DNA of 62,698 nt, filler included, from Candidatus Omnitrophota bacterium (GCA_043813915.1; 5 parts of 5 records of this genome joined end to end with filler, not necessarily neighbours in it); one strand, 5' to 3'. Counted from the whole stretch's first letter, positions 49,441 through 62,500 are shown. The notes: a model not told the origin generated them from the letters alone. Program-made: numbers and translations.

Positions 49441-49778
49441 AAGACGGCGTAGAGGGTTATGAACATATCCACAATATTAACAAAGAAAGAAAAAGGACCA
49501 AAAAGAAAGAAAGGCTGCTACCGCTGTAAAAAACCACCTTATTTTAGACAAAAAACTGTCTAGACAAACCCGACCACCATAGGGGTATTTTAGTTAGGGT
49601 TTAAAATAGTTAGCAATGAAACCGTTGACTTTTTTTGTCCAATAACGTATACTGAATATGCAAAGAAAGTAAAACATAAAAAAGTAAGATAGACTTGCTT
49701 TAAATGCCCTTTGATATGTTATACTAAATGAGTTCTCTACTTACAATATTCGTTATGTAGCCATACAAAAAGGAAGGT

Positions 49779-52700
49779 ATGAACATGAGCGTATTTAGCA
49801 AAAAAAATAATCCTTTTATCAAGACGATAAGCCTTATCCTGGTGCTTACATTCGCGCTGTATAATGTAAGTTTCGCCGCTGTCAGTAAAGACAAGACCGC
49901 CCCTGACGCGGCTGTGCAGGACGGACCCCTTATCCCGGCCAAGATCGGTATAGCGATCGATACGGGAACGATAAAGGACCAGTATCTCGGCCAGTCCGGA
50001 AGGACAATAGTCCATATACAGGACGCGCACTGTAATTTTGAAGCGCAGATGAATATCAACAAGATACTCGAACAGCTCTCTTCGGAATGCGGTATGAGCA
50101 TGATATCCGTCGAAGGCGCGGAAGGTATAGTGGATACCGCTTGGTTCAGGGCTTTCCCCGACGCCGAGATACGCAAGGAAGTAGCGACGTATTTTATGAA
50201 AAAAGGCGAGATAACGGGTGCGGAATTCTTCTCCATCAACTCGGATTATGAAGGAACGATATTCGGCGCGGAAACCAGAGATTATTACATCAAGAACCTC
50301 AAAGCGTTCACCGAAGTATACCCATACAAGACATTGATAGAAAAATATTTCAACGACACCCGTTCGGTGGTCAACCGCCTTAAATCTATCATATATCCCG
50401 CCAAGCTCAAAGAACTGGACGCGAAGATACGCGCGTTCGATTCCAAAGAGATAGAGCTCAGCGATTACGCGGCGTATCTCGAAAAAGTATGCGGTAAAAG
50501 CGGCCTGGATATCGAACAGTACCCGAATTTCAAGAAGCTCACGCAGACGCTTGAGTATGAAGATAAGATAGATTTCGATATCGTGGATTCCGAGAGAAGC
50601 ACCTATATAGATACGCTTGGTAAAAAACTTCCCAAAGAAGAGATGGCCGAACTGGTAGCCCAGTCGATAAGGTTCAAAAAGGGCCACATAAAGGCCGTTG
50701 ATTTTTATTCTTACCTGAGAGACTTGGCCAAGGCGAAGAACATAAACATGGTCCAGGAATACCCGAACCTTTTCTACTACTATATATACACGAAACTTTA
50801 TGACGGTATTGATAACGAACAGCTTTTCAAGGAGATTGACGCTATACAGAGGGCGCTTAAGGACAAGTTCTTTACCTCGGATACGGAAAGGACGCTGGAC
50901 AGGGACGCGGAGATCGTGGATATGTATGTGGACCTCGTAAATATCGAACTCACGAATGACGATTACGATCTTTTCAAGGAATATTCGAGAAAAGCGTCGA
51001 TAGAGGACGTAATGGGCTTTATAAACGGCCTGTCAGATCAGTATAACCTCAACTATTCCATAGGCGACGTTCCCTCGGAGATAAGCGGCAACCTGCCGAA
51101 CATGGTAAGTTTCTACGAAATAGCTATGAAGAGGGATAAAGCGCTCATTGATAATACTTTGGACCAGATGAAAAAAGAGGGCAAGGATAGATGCGTGCTT
51201 ATCGCCGGAGGGTTTCACACGCGCGGAATGAAGAACCTTCTCGAAAAAGAAGGCGTCTCTTACGTTGTTGTCATGCCTAAAATAACCAAAGACGTTGAAA
51301 CGCCTTATATAAAAGTGTTGACCAATCAGCGGACATCCATAGAAGATATGATCTCGGAAAACGCCGCTATACCGGGGATGACATCAAAACAGGAAACGAT
51401 GGCGCAGGTGTCAGCTGACCTGGTATCACCGCTATACAGGATAGCGTATGGTAACCTGCTGTTTAATGATAGTGATATCAGGAAGTTGGAAGTACTTTCC
51501 GCCAGGTTGGGGAGCATAGAAGGAATGGGGAGCATAGAAGGAATGGAAGAAGCCACAGCCACGTTCATTGACAGGGTGGAAGATATATACCGGGAAACCG
51601 TCGGAATATATACCGATCTGTGGCTAGAAAAAGTAAAGAAGAACCTTAAGGAAAATGAACCGGAAACCTGGGAAGAGAGATGGAACAGCGAGGCCTACCA
51701 GAAAGATCTTTTGGGGGTCTATCTTGAAGAGATGTGGAAGGGTATAAAAGCGGTAGCCAAACACAAAGGTGTCCCCGAAAGCAGAACAAGGAACGCTGAC
51801 GTATTCGCTAAATTCAAACCTGTAGCGGAAAAGATCTTTAAAGAAGAGTGGGATAACCCGCGTGAGAAAGGGTCCATGGGCTCGGAGGTGAACGAAAAGG
51901 CGGCAGTACGAGAGAGACTTATTGAGAACGCGAAAAAAATGGCGGATTCTAGTTCAGCAGGTATAGGTCCGGATGTTTTGATAATAACGAGTTCTTCGGA
52001 TTCATTAACAGATTATATGCAGAACAGCCTTACCGGCGATGATAATAGGCACGGATCCGGGGTAGTGGCAAAAAAAGATTCTTATGTGTTCTCGGTATCT
52101 GAATCTAATTGGGATAAAGGGGCGGGAAATGGGCTTGGTACATTGAACGGGTATGTACAGGCCGCCAGAAAGGCACGAGAATGGGGTCTTATTAGCGTAG
52201 ACGCGAAACTCACCGGGGCAGAAGAGGTGGAAGCTTTAGTTGCCGCTTTTCTTTCTTTCTGTAAGGACAAAAGTGTTTTTATGATGCATACCGCAGGAAA
52301 AGGTACGCGTACAGCGCCTCTACCATTGGTAGAAAATGGATCTAAACCGCTTATCGATCTTTCTGGAATGACTATTATCGAAGCTGCCATTAGGGAAACC
52401 AATATATACGCGCCGTCCAGAAAAAACAGATTAACCGTGTTTTGGGGCGATCAAGTGATAATAAACGAACAGGATATCGCGTTTAATACCGGTCATCATG
52501 TAGAGATATTCGGGCAACTTGTTCCTTTGGATAAGAGTATAGAATCGTATGGGGTGCTTATCCCGGATGATAATGGTGATATCAAACAGCGCGAAAAATG
52601 GTTGGTAGAGCAGATAAGAGAGGTTTTACCGAAAGGGGCCGAGGAAGCTTACAAAAGCATAGGATCTTTTTCTGTCTCGTTCGCTTTTCTAAAAGCCATG

Positions 52701-55700
52701 ATCGATATGAAGGAACATAAAGATGCTCTTGTCAATGGGAAGGGCAGTTTAGATACCGACCCGGATTGGTGGCAGCCGCTTACTTCTGGGAAGGAAGAGT
52801 ATATGGCTGCAATGCAGAAAAAAAATAAAGATCCTAAGCAAGCAGGAGAACAATGGGATCGCGTGAATGATCTCTGGAATGAGTTTACAAGCTCGGATGG
52901 TTTTTCTATGTCAGGGTTAAGTAGAAAAATTGGGTTTACGGATGTTGGAAAAGATTCCTTATGGTGGGATTATGGGCAGAACAAGTACTATTATAGCGGT
53001 ATGTTGCTGCTCACCGAAAAGTCTCCGGAAGGAGAAACCGCTAGGACATTTTTTGGTATAGACGAAGATCAATGGGTAGACGCTTTGTCTGATACGGGAA
53101 ATACGGAAATTAACAATTCGGTTATATTGAATTCCACGATCAAAAAAGGAAAACTTGTAAATTGTGTTGTTATAAATTCCAAACTAGATGAAGTATACGC
53201 TGAGAACTCCATAATAGTAGGAAGCCGTATTATAAAACTTAATGCTGCTGGAGCAATATCCTACAATGCTGTTGATCCGGAAGTAAATCTTACAAAAGGT
53301 AAAATACTTGCGCATGTTTTTGTTCCGGGGTACGGGCGTATTGCTATGCGGACAGATATTACAAGGAACGGAGACTATGATTGGAAGGAGGGTCCGGACG
53401 GGAAGACCGGGGCGTATGTTTATGACAACCAGTATAAATATCCTCAATTGGCGGATATAGTCAAAACCGCTACGATAGGACAAATGAAAGAGGAGAAAGA
53501 AAGGTATATTGCGCAGTTGGAAGCGGGGGAGTTAACAAAAGAAGATCCGGAAGACGCGGCAAAAGCTTTAAGCGATATAAGAGGTATAAGTCTTGACGAA
53601 GCAAGAGCGATCGTTCTGTTGAGACTGATGGATTTCAACGAAGTTCCTGCTTCTTGGGCCGCAAGAGTAGCAAGATACCGCGATCTTTCAGCGAGGCTCA
53701 CACCTCTTAAGTTCGGGACCAGCGGGTTGAGAGGCCTCATAGCTGTCATGACGGATATGGAGGTTTACATAGACACACAAGGATTTCTTAGGTCGCAGAA
53801 TGTTCAGCCCGGGGAAGTGGTAGTTATAGGCGGCGACCGCAGGCCAAGCACCCCGCGTATAATGACGGCCGTAGGGAAGGCTGTGGAGGATTACGGCGCG
53901 ATACCGAAGTTCATAGGGCTTATGCCGTCCCCCGCTGTTTTCGTAGAAGGAACAGGAATAGGGGAAGTCAATGTAATGGTAACGGGAAGTCATATACCTT
54001 TTGACCGGAACGGCATTAAATATACCAAAAGGGACGGAGAAGTGCTTAAATCGGATGAAGCAGGCATACTGGCTGAGGTAGCGAATGTGCGTGTGTCAGA
54101 ATATTCCCGTCCTGAGGCGGAATCTATTTTCGATACTGACGGAGCGTTCAAGAACGCGCCTCAATATGATCAGACCGCCAAAGAGGCAGAAGCCACTGAG
54201 AGTTATGTTAGTAGGTATGTAGATGCTTTCCCGCGCAATGTTCTGGAAGGCGTAAAAGTCGCGTTCTGGCAGCATTCGGCCGTGGGGCGCGATATCATAC
54301 ACGAGATATTCAAACGGATGGGAGCGGAAGTCGTGGTAGTGAACAGGAGCGACATATTCGTGCCTATAGATACCGAAAAACTTACGCCTGCGATGGAAGT
54401 TATGCTCAAACAGATAGCTGAGGAGCATAAGCCGGACGTCATAATATCCACGGACGGGGATTCGGACAGGCCGCTTCTGGCTGACGAGAACGGTAATTTC
54501 CTTACCGGGGATAAACTCGGCGCGCTTGTTACGATGTTCCTGAAGCCCGATTTCGCGGCTTTTCCGGTAAGCACGAATGATTCGGTGCCCGCTATATTGG
54601 AGAAGAGCGGAGTAAAAGTTGTGCAGACAAGGATAGGATCGCCTTATGTAGTTAAAGCCATGTCGGATGAATTGATACAGAACCCGACGGCAAAAGTGGT
54701 TAGCTGGGAAGCTAACGGGGGATATCTGCTCGGTAGTGATTGGGTTATAGAAAAAGGAAGGGCTCCGATAACCAAACTCGCTTCCCGCGACGCGGTCCTC
54801 CCGCTTCTTGCCGCTATAACTTTGGCGAAACAGGAAGGTTTAACGGTAGGACAACTTATTGATCAAAAACTCAGACAACCGGTAACCGGCGCGCATAGGA
54901 TGAACAGTGCCGGAGTATTCGACAAATTTACGGAGATATTCGGAGTGGAAGGTGACGAAGCGTTCGCTCTTATGAAAGGAACAGTAAGATCTATATCTCC
55001 CGAACTGAAGGATACAAATGTTGTCGCCGTGGATTTTGCTAACGGGACCGTTGAAAGACTTGTCGGTGACACTTTCTCCGCGGAAGCGCTTCCTATTAGC
55101 TATATACAAGAGAACGGGGATAGCGCCGAATGGTTCAGGGTAAAACAGCTTTTAGAAAGTGTTTTCGGAGCATACGGATTTCCGGAGATAACGAATATTA
55201 ACATCTTGGACGGGGTAAAAATACAATTCGCTAATGGAGAGATCTCTCATCTTCGTCCGTCCGGAAACGCTCCGGAATTCAGGAATTACGCTATGGCGGA
55301 TACGATGGATAGAGCTAAAGATATAGTAGAGATCGGCGTGACAAAAATAATTCCGGACCTTGCCAAGAAAGTATTTGAAGGCACGGGAAAAACGGATAAA
55401 ACACCGACAGCTACAGTCATCGGCAACAGCGCTATCCTGGTTACGCAATATCATGCGATGTATCCCTGGGCGGGGAAAGCGAATGCCGTACTTGCTAAGC
55501 TGAAAGGGATGATAGCCGAAATATGGAGCGGTGTAACGGTGGTATCCGCGCGCAATCCCCAAGCAGTGTCAAAAATAAATGATACGGACATTACTCTTAA
55601 ACAGTTCATAGAGGCGAACCCGAACGCGTTATCGCTTAAAGGCAATTATACAGAGAAACCGTTCTTTACTAAGACATTGGCGACACGGTTCCCCGATAAA

Positions 55701-57739
55701 ATATACATGGGGTTTAATGAAAAAATAAAAGATGTAGGAAAAGAGCGGTTTGCCGAGTGGCTTAAAGATGAATGGGAAAATATAGCCCGCCTCAAGTTCA
55801 GCCTTAAAAAGGCTCTTACCCGTGAAGAGTTTGAACGGTATCTTGGCCATTATGAAGAATGGGCCATCAGGCAGGGCGACAACAAATGGGCGCTTACTAC
55901 ATCCGATGAGACTATAAACAGGGCAGTATCCGCCATGCGGCAATATTTTCCCGATAGCGTGAATGTCGAAATGCTGTTCGACGATATCGCCATGATAAGG
56001 AAGAATATAACCAGCGTGCTTAATGAGATAGAGCTGGAAGACGGTATGGTCATACAATCCCTTGCGGGATATGTGCACGGCATTTTCGGACTATCTCTTC
56101 AGACTCATCCTAAAGAAGCCGGTATAGGTATAAGCGGTTTGATGGAACTTCCGAAGAACGAAGCGTGGATAGTTAAAGTGGTGACCGACGAGCAAGGTCA
56201 GCGGCACACGTTCCTTGTAGAGCCCCAACAGACTTCCGACAATACGCACAGCATGGCGGATTATTTTACGCCTATTGTATGGGACGCAGAACAAGGCAAC
56301 CCGAAGATCAGGAAGACAGTTACCAATGCGGATATCGATCATTGGGTCAATAACGATCTTTTCTGGGATGACGCGCGGGTTGTCGCTAAACCGGAAGAGT
56401 TTATACTTCAGCCAAAAGACATAACTCCGGAAGGCGCCCAGAACGCGCAACTGGAATCGCTTATTAAGGCGTCAAAAGTCCTTCCAAGCGCCGAACGCAT
56501 CACTCTTAATGACGGCGGAGGGTCTATAGCGATAACAAATGACAGTGGTGTTTATAACGAACTGCTTATAGTGGAAGGAAAAGCTGAGGTACGGGTGGAA
56601 GGCCGGGAACCGGTCACTCTTGAGAACGGTGGGTCGGTATTTATCCCGGCAACCGTCGATAAATATACGGTTATATCGGACGGTAAAGCGGAAGTGATCA
56701 GGACATATCCTTTGGAAGAGGCTTTCGGAGAGACCAAGACCCCGGTACGTGTCGTATTGAGCGAAGGGAAAAAGGTCGAGGGGACCGATACTGCTTTGTA
56801 TACGAGCAGTGTGGTCATGTCACTAGGTCAGAACGGTAATGTTACCGCGGCTGATGAACTTGCGATGATCGGCAACGAAAGCGTTCCCGCCCCAGGGATA
56901 TTGGCAGGGAGGGAACATATGATCGTCGTAACGGAAGGTTCGGTCGCACTGACGGAACCTGATAGCGGGAAAGAGATAGCTACTTTAACCGCCGGTGATG
57001 TTATGAAGATAGCGCAGGGAACGGAATACAAAGTACAAAAACCTGTTTCTGCCGGTGCCGATAAGAAAGCCGTGGTCAGATTCGATTACGCAAAGAGCGG
57101 TATAGAGGAAGATCTCTACGCGGTGTTTGATGCCGTTAATAGGAATCTGCCCGCGTTATCGGGAAATAAAGTGGACCTTATACTTCCCGCCGAGATGTTC
57201 AAAAAAGGCGGCAGAGGGGATGTCGGGTCCAAAGAATGGGAAGAACGCCAGCTGAACGAGATGCTTGGGGGAAAAGATATAGTGAAGATCCACACTTATA
57301 ACAGCGCGGCTTTCGAGTCTATCGCCGATATCAATATAAGACCCGACGCCGTAGGTATAGTGGGCGCTACGGGCAATAACATCAAAAGTACCGGCACGAT
57401 GAACTCGGAACTTCAACGGTTCATGGAGGTGAACAGGGTTCTGCCTATTTCGGATCAGGATAACCTTGCCGAAGGAGGGCTTCTTTTGGCCAGGAAGATA
57501 GAAGGCGCCGCGCTTATACAGGCGCTTTTAAGCAAGAACGCCATAGAATCCAATCAGTCGATAGCGGAAGACGCGAGGACGCTGATGACACAATTAACGG
57601 GCAAGAGCGTTCCTATGACAGCGCTTTATTATATGCTGCCTTATAAAGACGTGAAATTTCTTGTAACGGCTATAGAAAATGCGAGTGAAGATGTGGTCCT
57701 TTTGATGAGCTTTATGCAATTCAAAGAACGTCTGGTCGA
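49779..57739 (+). CDS. Giant multidomain exported protein: IQDAH head + nucleotidyltransferase-like + phosphomannomutase + PMI-like cupin + conserved tail (3' truncated)
   Basis: Signal peptide; IQDAH (aa ~80), GGFH (~477), GNGLGTL (~783), AGKGTR, FGTSGLRG (~1312), TGSH, DGDSDR, RPSGN (~1826), LSLQTHP, EPQQTSD. Confidence 0.9.
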
Positions 57740-57839
57740 NNNNNNNNNNNNNNNNNNNNNNNNNNNNNNNNNNNNNNNNNNNNTTAATTAATTAANNNNN
57801 NNNNNNNNNNNNNNNNNNNNNNNNNNNNNNNNNNNNNNN
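57740..57839. other. Assembly linker/gap
   Basis: N-run with TTAATTAATTAA. Confidence 0.99.
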
Positions 57840-59199
57840 CATTCTTGAATTTTGAATCTATAATGACGCTATTCTCTATTCTTCCTCTTCCCGTGATACG
57901 GCTGGCGACGATAACCGAGTTTTTTATTTCTATTTCCCGGCTTATATCGGATCCCTTTATGATATTTCCGTTAAAGTCCCGTTCACCTTCTATTCCCGCC
58001 AGACGCCTGGCAACTTCGCCTTTTTCGCCCGCGTTATTAAGAGCCGAATATTTCTCGCGCATAGCGCTATGCTGACCGATATCAGCCCAGTAAATATCTT
58101 TCCCCAGATCCAAGACCTTAAAGTTGAGGGCTTTGCCGTATTTTTCGCCGAACTTATTTTTAATACGCTGTGCTTTATCGAAGAGATCGGGCACCATTTT
58201 CAGGAGTTCCCGGAGACCTTTATTTTTAGCGGCGATCTCTTCCCATTTATCGAGATGCTTTTCTTCCATGGCCATCGCCATCAAAAAATACGGATCGAAA
58301 TCAACATGCACACCTTCTTCTTTTATCTCTTTTTCAAATACATCCGAGGCAATATCCAGTACTTTATACGATACAGCTATAGGGCCGAGACTTATACCGG
58401 AACAATACCTGCCCTCTTCGTCAGCTTGAACCCCGAGTTCATTAAGTTCTTTTATGAGGACATCTCTTTCATTCCGTGAAACCTGCGCCGTCACGTTGTT
58501 GTTTTGATCAAAAACGACCCAGTCCTTGTGTTTCGCGTCTTCTTCGGTAACTTCCGCTATCGAGACAAATTTGATAATGTCGTGTTCGGAAAAGATCTCA
58601 TTGTCCTCAGGCGGCAGGGTCAGATCTATTGACGCTATTTCCGTCTGATCGCCCCATTTATTCAATATCCCCCGGAATCCTCTTTTCTCAAGATATTTCG
58701 CAACGGGTATAAAATGTAAAAGGGCTTCCTCAATAGCGGTGAACGCTATTTTACCGCCGTCAATTTCAATATCAGCGGGCGTTACCTTTATGCAGGCCTT
58801 ATTACAGCCCAAAGCCTGGGTTATGGGGGATATCCTTTCGCCTCTTCCCAAAAGCATACCTATAAGCGAAACGGTATCAAGATATCCTATTCCTTTTTTC
58901 TCCGCGGCCTCTTTTATATATCGATACGCAAGAAGTGTCCCGAGAAAATTACCTTCTTTATCCTTAGAACCGATCTTCTCTTCCAGAGAAAGTATAAGAG
59001 TACTGCCGTCTTTGTTGAATATGTGCGGCCCGGTCTTTGTGAGCCTCTTTTGCCAATTTTGACATGTGTTTTTATTTCCGGAGACAACAGCCGCAACTTT
59101 TACACTTTCCGATTCCCGATTAAGCCGTTTTGCTTCTTCGATGTTCGCCAGCAAAGCCTGTAAGGATGGACTGATATTGGGGACGTTATTATTCATCAT
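57840..59199 (-). CDS. Stand-alone sugar-phosphate nucleotidyltransferase-like protein (3' truncated)
   Basis: GNFLGTL, GRGERISP, WGDQ, WADIGQ and NSVI beta-helix-like repeats match the giant's domain. Confidence 0.75.
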
Positions 59200-59261
59200 T
59201 ATAATTCAGTATATGATAAAGCCGGTGCTTTGCCAAGGAGAAATGCTCCGGCAGACATATT

Positions 59262-59370
59262 ACCAGTCACCAGGTCACAGAGAAAATGGAGGGACGGAAG
59301 GGGTCACCAGTCACCAGTCACCAGGTCACTAGAGGGTAGAAGATAGAGGGTAGAAGATAGAGGGTAGAAA
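59262..59370 (+). repeat. Heptamer/14-mer arrays
   Basis: ACCAGTC units; AGAGGGTAGAAGAT x~3 with an inverted copy at 59494-59520. Confidence 0.85.
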
Positions 59371-59398
59371 ATATAAAATGGAAAGTAGAATATGGAAT

Positions 59399-59438
59399 AA
59401 AAAAACGTCCCGGACGAGTATATTCCGTCCGGGACGTT
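59399..59438 (-). terminator. Intrinsic terminator of giant gene 2
   Basis: AACGTCCCGGACG/CGTCCGGGACGTT stem; A-run gives a U-tract on the minus strand. Confidence 0.85.
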
Positions 59439-59521
59439 AAGCGTACTTTTGGTGCCTCTTTAAGGGCGGTTCGCGAACCACCGCCCCTACATTTTCTATC
59501 TTCTACCTTCTATCTTCTACA

Positions 59522-62500
59522 TTACGCTGCCCAGAGCGTCTTCATGCGGTTCTCGATCTCTTGCTGCAAGTTCGGCGTTAAGGGTTCCATCGGTCTAAGT
59601 TTTAGTCTATCCACTAACCTGTCCATAAACTGCATAACACTCATTACCGTACCGTCAAATATCTCTTCCATTTCCGAAAGCATACTTGCCGTGTCATTGT
59701 ACGGAAGCATGTAGTATAGATCATTTCTAACAACGGACCTATTCGCCAATTGCGACATCAAAGTACGTGTGTCTTGCGCTATGGATATATTTTCAGAAAT
59801 ATCTTTTTTATTGAGCTGTGCCTGCATTACTGCCGTTCCGACCGCTTTCAGGATAAACAAAGCGGGAGATATTTCCGCGTTATCAAGATCTTCCCCGGAA
59901 ACAGGTAATACCCTTATGCCTTTCAGTTTATTTTGAAGATCAACATCTTGTTTTGTTTCGTCGCTTTTAAGATTTTCTTCCGTAGCGATAAGCACTCCGA
60001 CCACACCCGGTTCTGTAGTCGCCGATATCTTCCCGAAATTGCTGTTATCATAGGGCTTTATCCCTATTTCGTAGCCTTCTCCGAGCATCTTCTCTGTCAT
60101 ATCTTCGCACCATGCCAGAGATCCGACATCACCCTTCCCGCCGCCTCTAAAAGCCGTTTGAGGAACAAAGATGTCAACTTTCTTCTCCGTCATAGCCGGT
60201 ATATTCCTGTTTATGGTATCATAAACCGCGTAAAGGTCATTTTCCGCGTTTGTTTTATCATAATCGATCCTTACTGCAGCTTGCTTATCCGCCGCTTTTT
60301 GCACAGCATAACGGCTACCGGGTTCTATTTTTAAAGATCGTCCGGTTTCCAATGTTATCTCCGCCGCCCCGTCAAAGATCACATTCACTTCGCCGCCCGT
60401 TACAGTCAAGGTATGCTCCCTTAAGACCGCAATTCTCGGCGGCGTAACGCCGTCGGTCCCGACTATTTCAATTTCATCGGAAGCCATGCTCTTACCACTC
60501 GGAAATTGAGCAAAAACAACATTTTCTTTATGCCTCGGAATGTCTGTCCCTTCGACTTTCTGTCCTTTGTTAATCGTTAGTTTTTCTACTCTGCCTGGTA
60601 ATGCCTCGGCCTGAGTGTAAATGACCGCCGACCCTTCTGTCGCTTTTATCTTGTATCCGTTCATCGCGGCAATAACCGGAAGTTTTTGTCCGCGTTTCAG
60701 GTTATACACATCCCCCGCGCCCGTCGTTATCTCTACTTCGCCTTCTGTGACAAATAAAGTATGGAACCGATCTTTAAGAAGGTCGGGCACTCCCATTACC
60801 AGATCTTTTTCGACACTGTATCTTCCCGTGACGAATCTATCGGTCTCACCCATAATTTCGAATTTTACGGTTCCCATTATTTGGTCATGAAATCTGAATG
60901 TTTCGATAGGCGTAAATACCAACCCGGAAACATCAAGTTTTTTCAGTGTCCCTTTCTGTTCAGCTTCTTTAAGCCATTTTTCGGTATTCGCGAGCGTCTC
61001 TTCATCCCTGGTAAGCACGTCTTTTTTGGCTCGTCCCGGATTAAGTTCAAGCAGTTTTTCTTTCGTCATAGCAAGCGTTTTAAGCCCCAGTTCGGCAAGC
61101 ATCGGCATGAACTTGAACCTGTCAAAGAACGATATGGTCCCCGTAACGTCCTCTTCGGCGGTAACGGCTTTAACTTCGTACACATTCACTTCACCGTAAG
61201 CATGCGGCATGAACGCCGGTACGATCATGGGCTGACCGGGCACAAGTTTGACCCTGTTCATGACCTCATCCACCTTGCCTTCTCTGGATGCCTGCATGAA
61301 CTCTTCCGCGGTAACGTCCTTTTTGAGCCCTAACCACGCCTCCCCTTCGGCTAACGGTACGATCATCTCGTCAAACGAATGAAGCTGGAGCGACAAAGGC
61401 ACCTTTGATGTAAGATGTTTGGCCACGATATTGCTTCTAGCGCCGTACTGTCCGATATGTTCGGCTCCGAAGACCTCTTCGGGAAAGAATTCCAAAACTT
61501 CCTGAGGCAGGGAAACCCCGCCTACTTCTATCGTGCCGACCGTAAACCATCTTTCGGCAACAACGCCGCTCAGGATCTCATTCTTTACCCAATTACTATA
61601 CCCCCCCAGAGAAGAATGAGTATCATCGAACCACGCGTCGTATCCGGACTGAAATGATCTCATTTGTTCCGGGGTCAGACTGTTATAAATTATCTCCACG
61701 ACCGCTTCGGGTTCCATATCCTCGAAATAACCGAGCTTAATCCATTCGGAGAAAGGCAGGCCCCACTTGTACCCGTCTATACCGAGTTTAAAGAACCTCT
61801 TGAACGGTATCCGTTTGCCCATAACAATTATAGCGTGGAGATCTCTTAAAGCTCTCATGACCGGGGCTTGCCGGTCTATCGATAAATTTTTATAATAAGC
61901 GCTTTTTGTGACACGATCCTGTATATCCTCAGGGAGTTTTTCCCCGAGCGCCGCTGCACCGAGACTTCTAGGTTTAGCAAAATCTTGTATCATCCTGACC
62001 AGAACACCCGTCTCAGAAAGCGTACCGGCTTCCATTATCTCCCTGCTGCGTTCATATGTCGGAGATAATGCGTATATCCTGAACTGCGCGGAATTACCCG
62101 AAGGACGTATTATAATGACTTCTCCGTTGTCCAGGTACATTTTTATGCCCGACGTCTTGTAAGTAAGTTTCTCTATTTTAACGTTTGATAATCCCGGTAC
62201 TAGCGCAAGATATCCTTCCAAAGTTGATACCGCGTAATCCGCTTTACTTTTCATTATGGGCGTTGTTTTACTCAACTTCTTTTCTCCCTTGAAAAGATAT
62301 GATATCTTACCGTCTTCTCCTATAACAACCTGCTGTGCATATTTATCTCCCTCGTCGCTGTATACCCGCAAACTATCTATGAGTGCGGGACCAGCTTCTC
62401 TGGTATATTCCTCGCATCCCGGAGTGGTATTCTTATCGGTATTCTCTACAAGCCCCGCAACGATCTCGCCAGCGTATTTACCGGTAAAAGTGCTGTTCAC

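Noticed and set aside
49441..49529. Possible 3' end of a CDS upstream of giant 1
   Set aside because: Only ~28 codons with no diagnostic motif
49737..50687. 316-aa minus-strand ORF
   Set aside because: Antisense shadow of the giant gene with no motifs
57739..59522. Giant 1, NTase and giant 2 as one convergent locus
   Set aside because: A linker gap separates them, so physical adjacency cannot be shown
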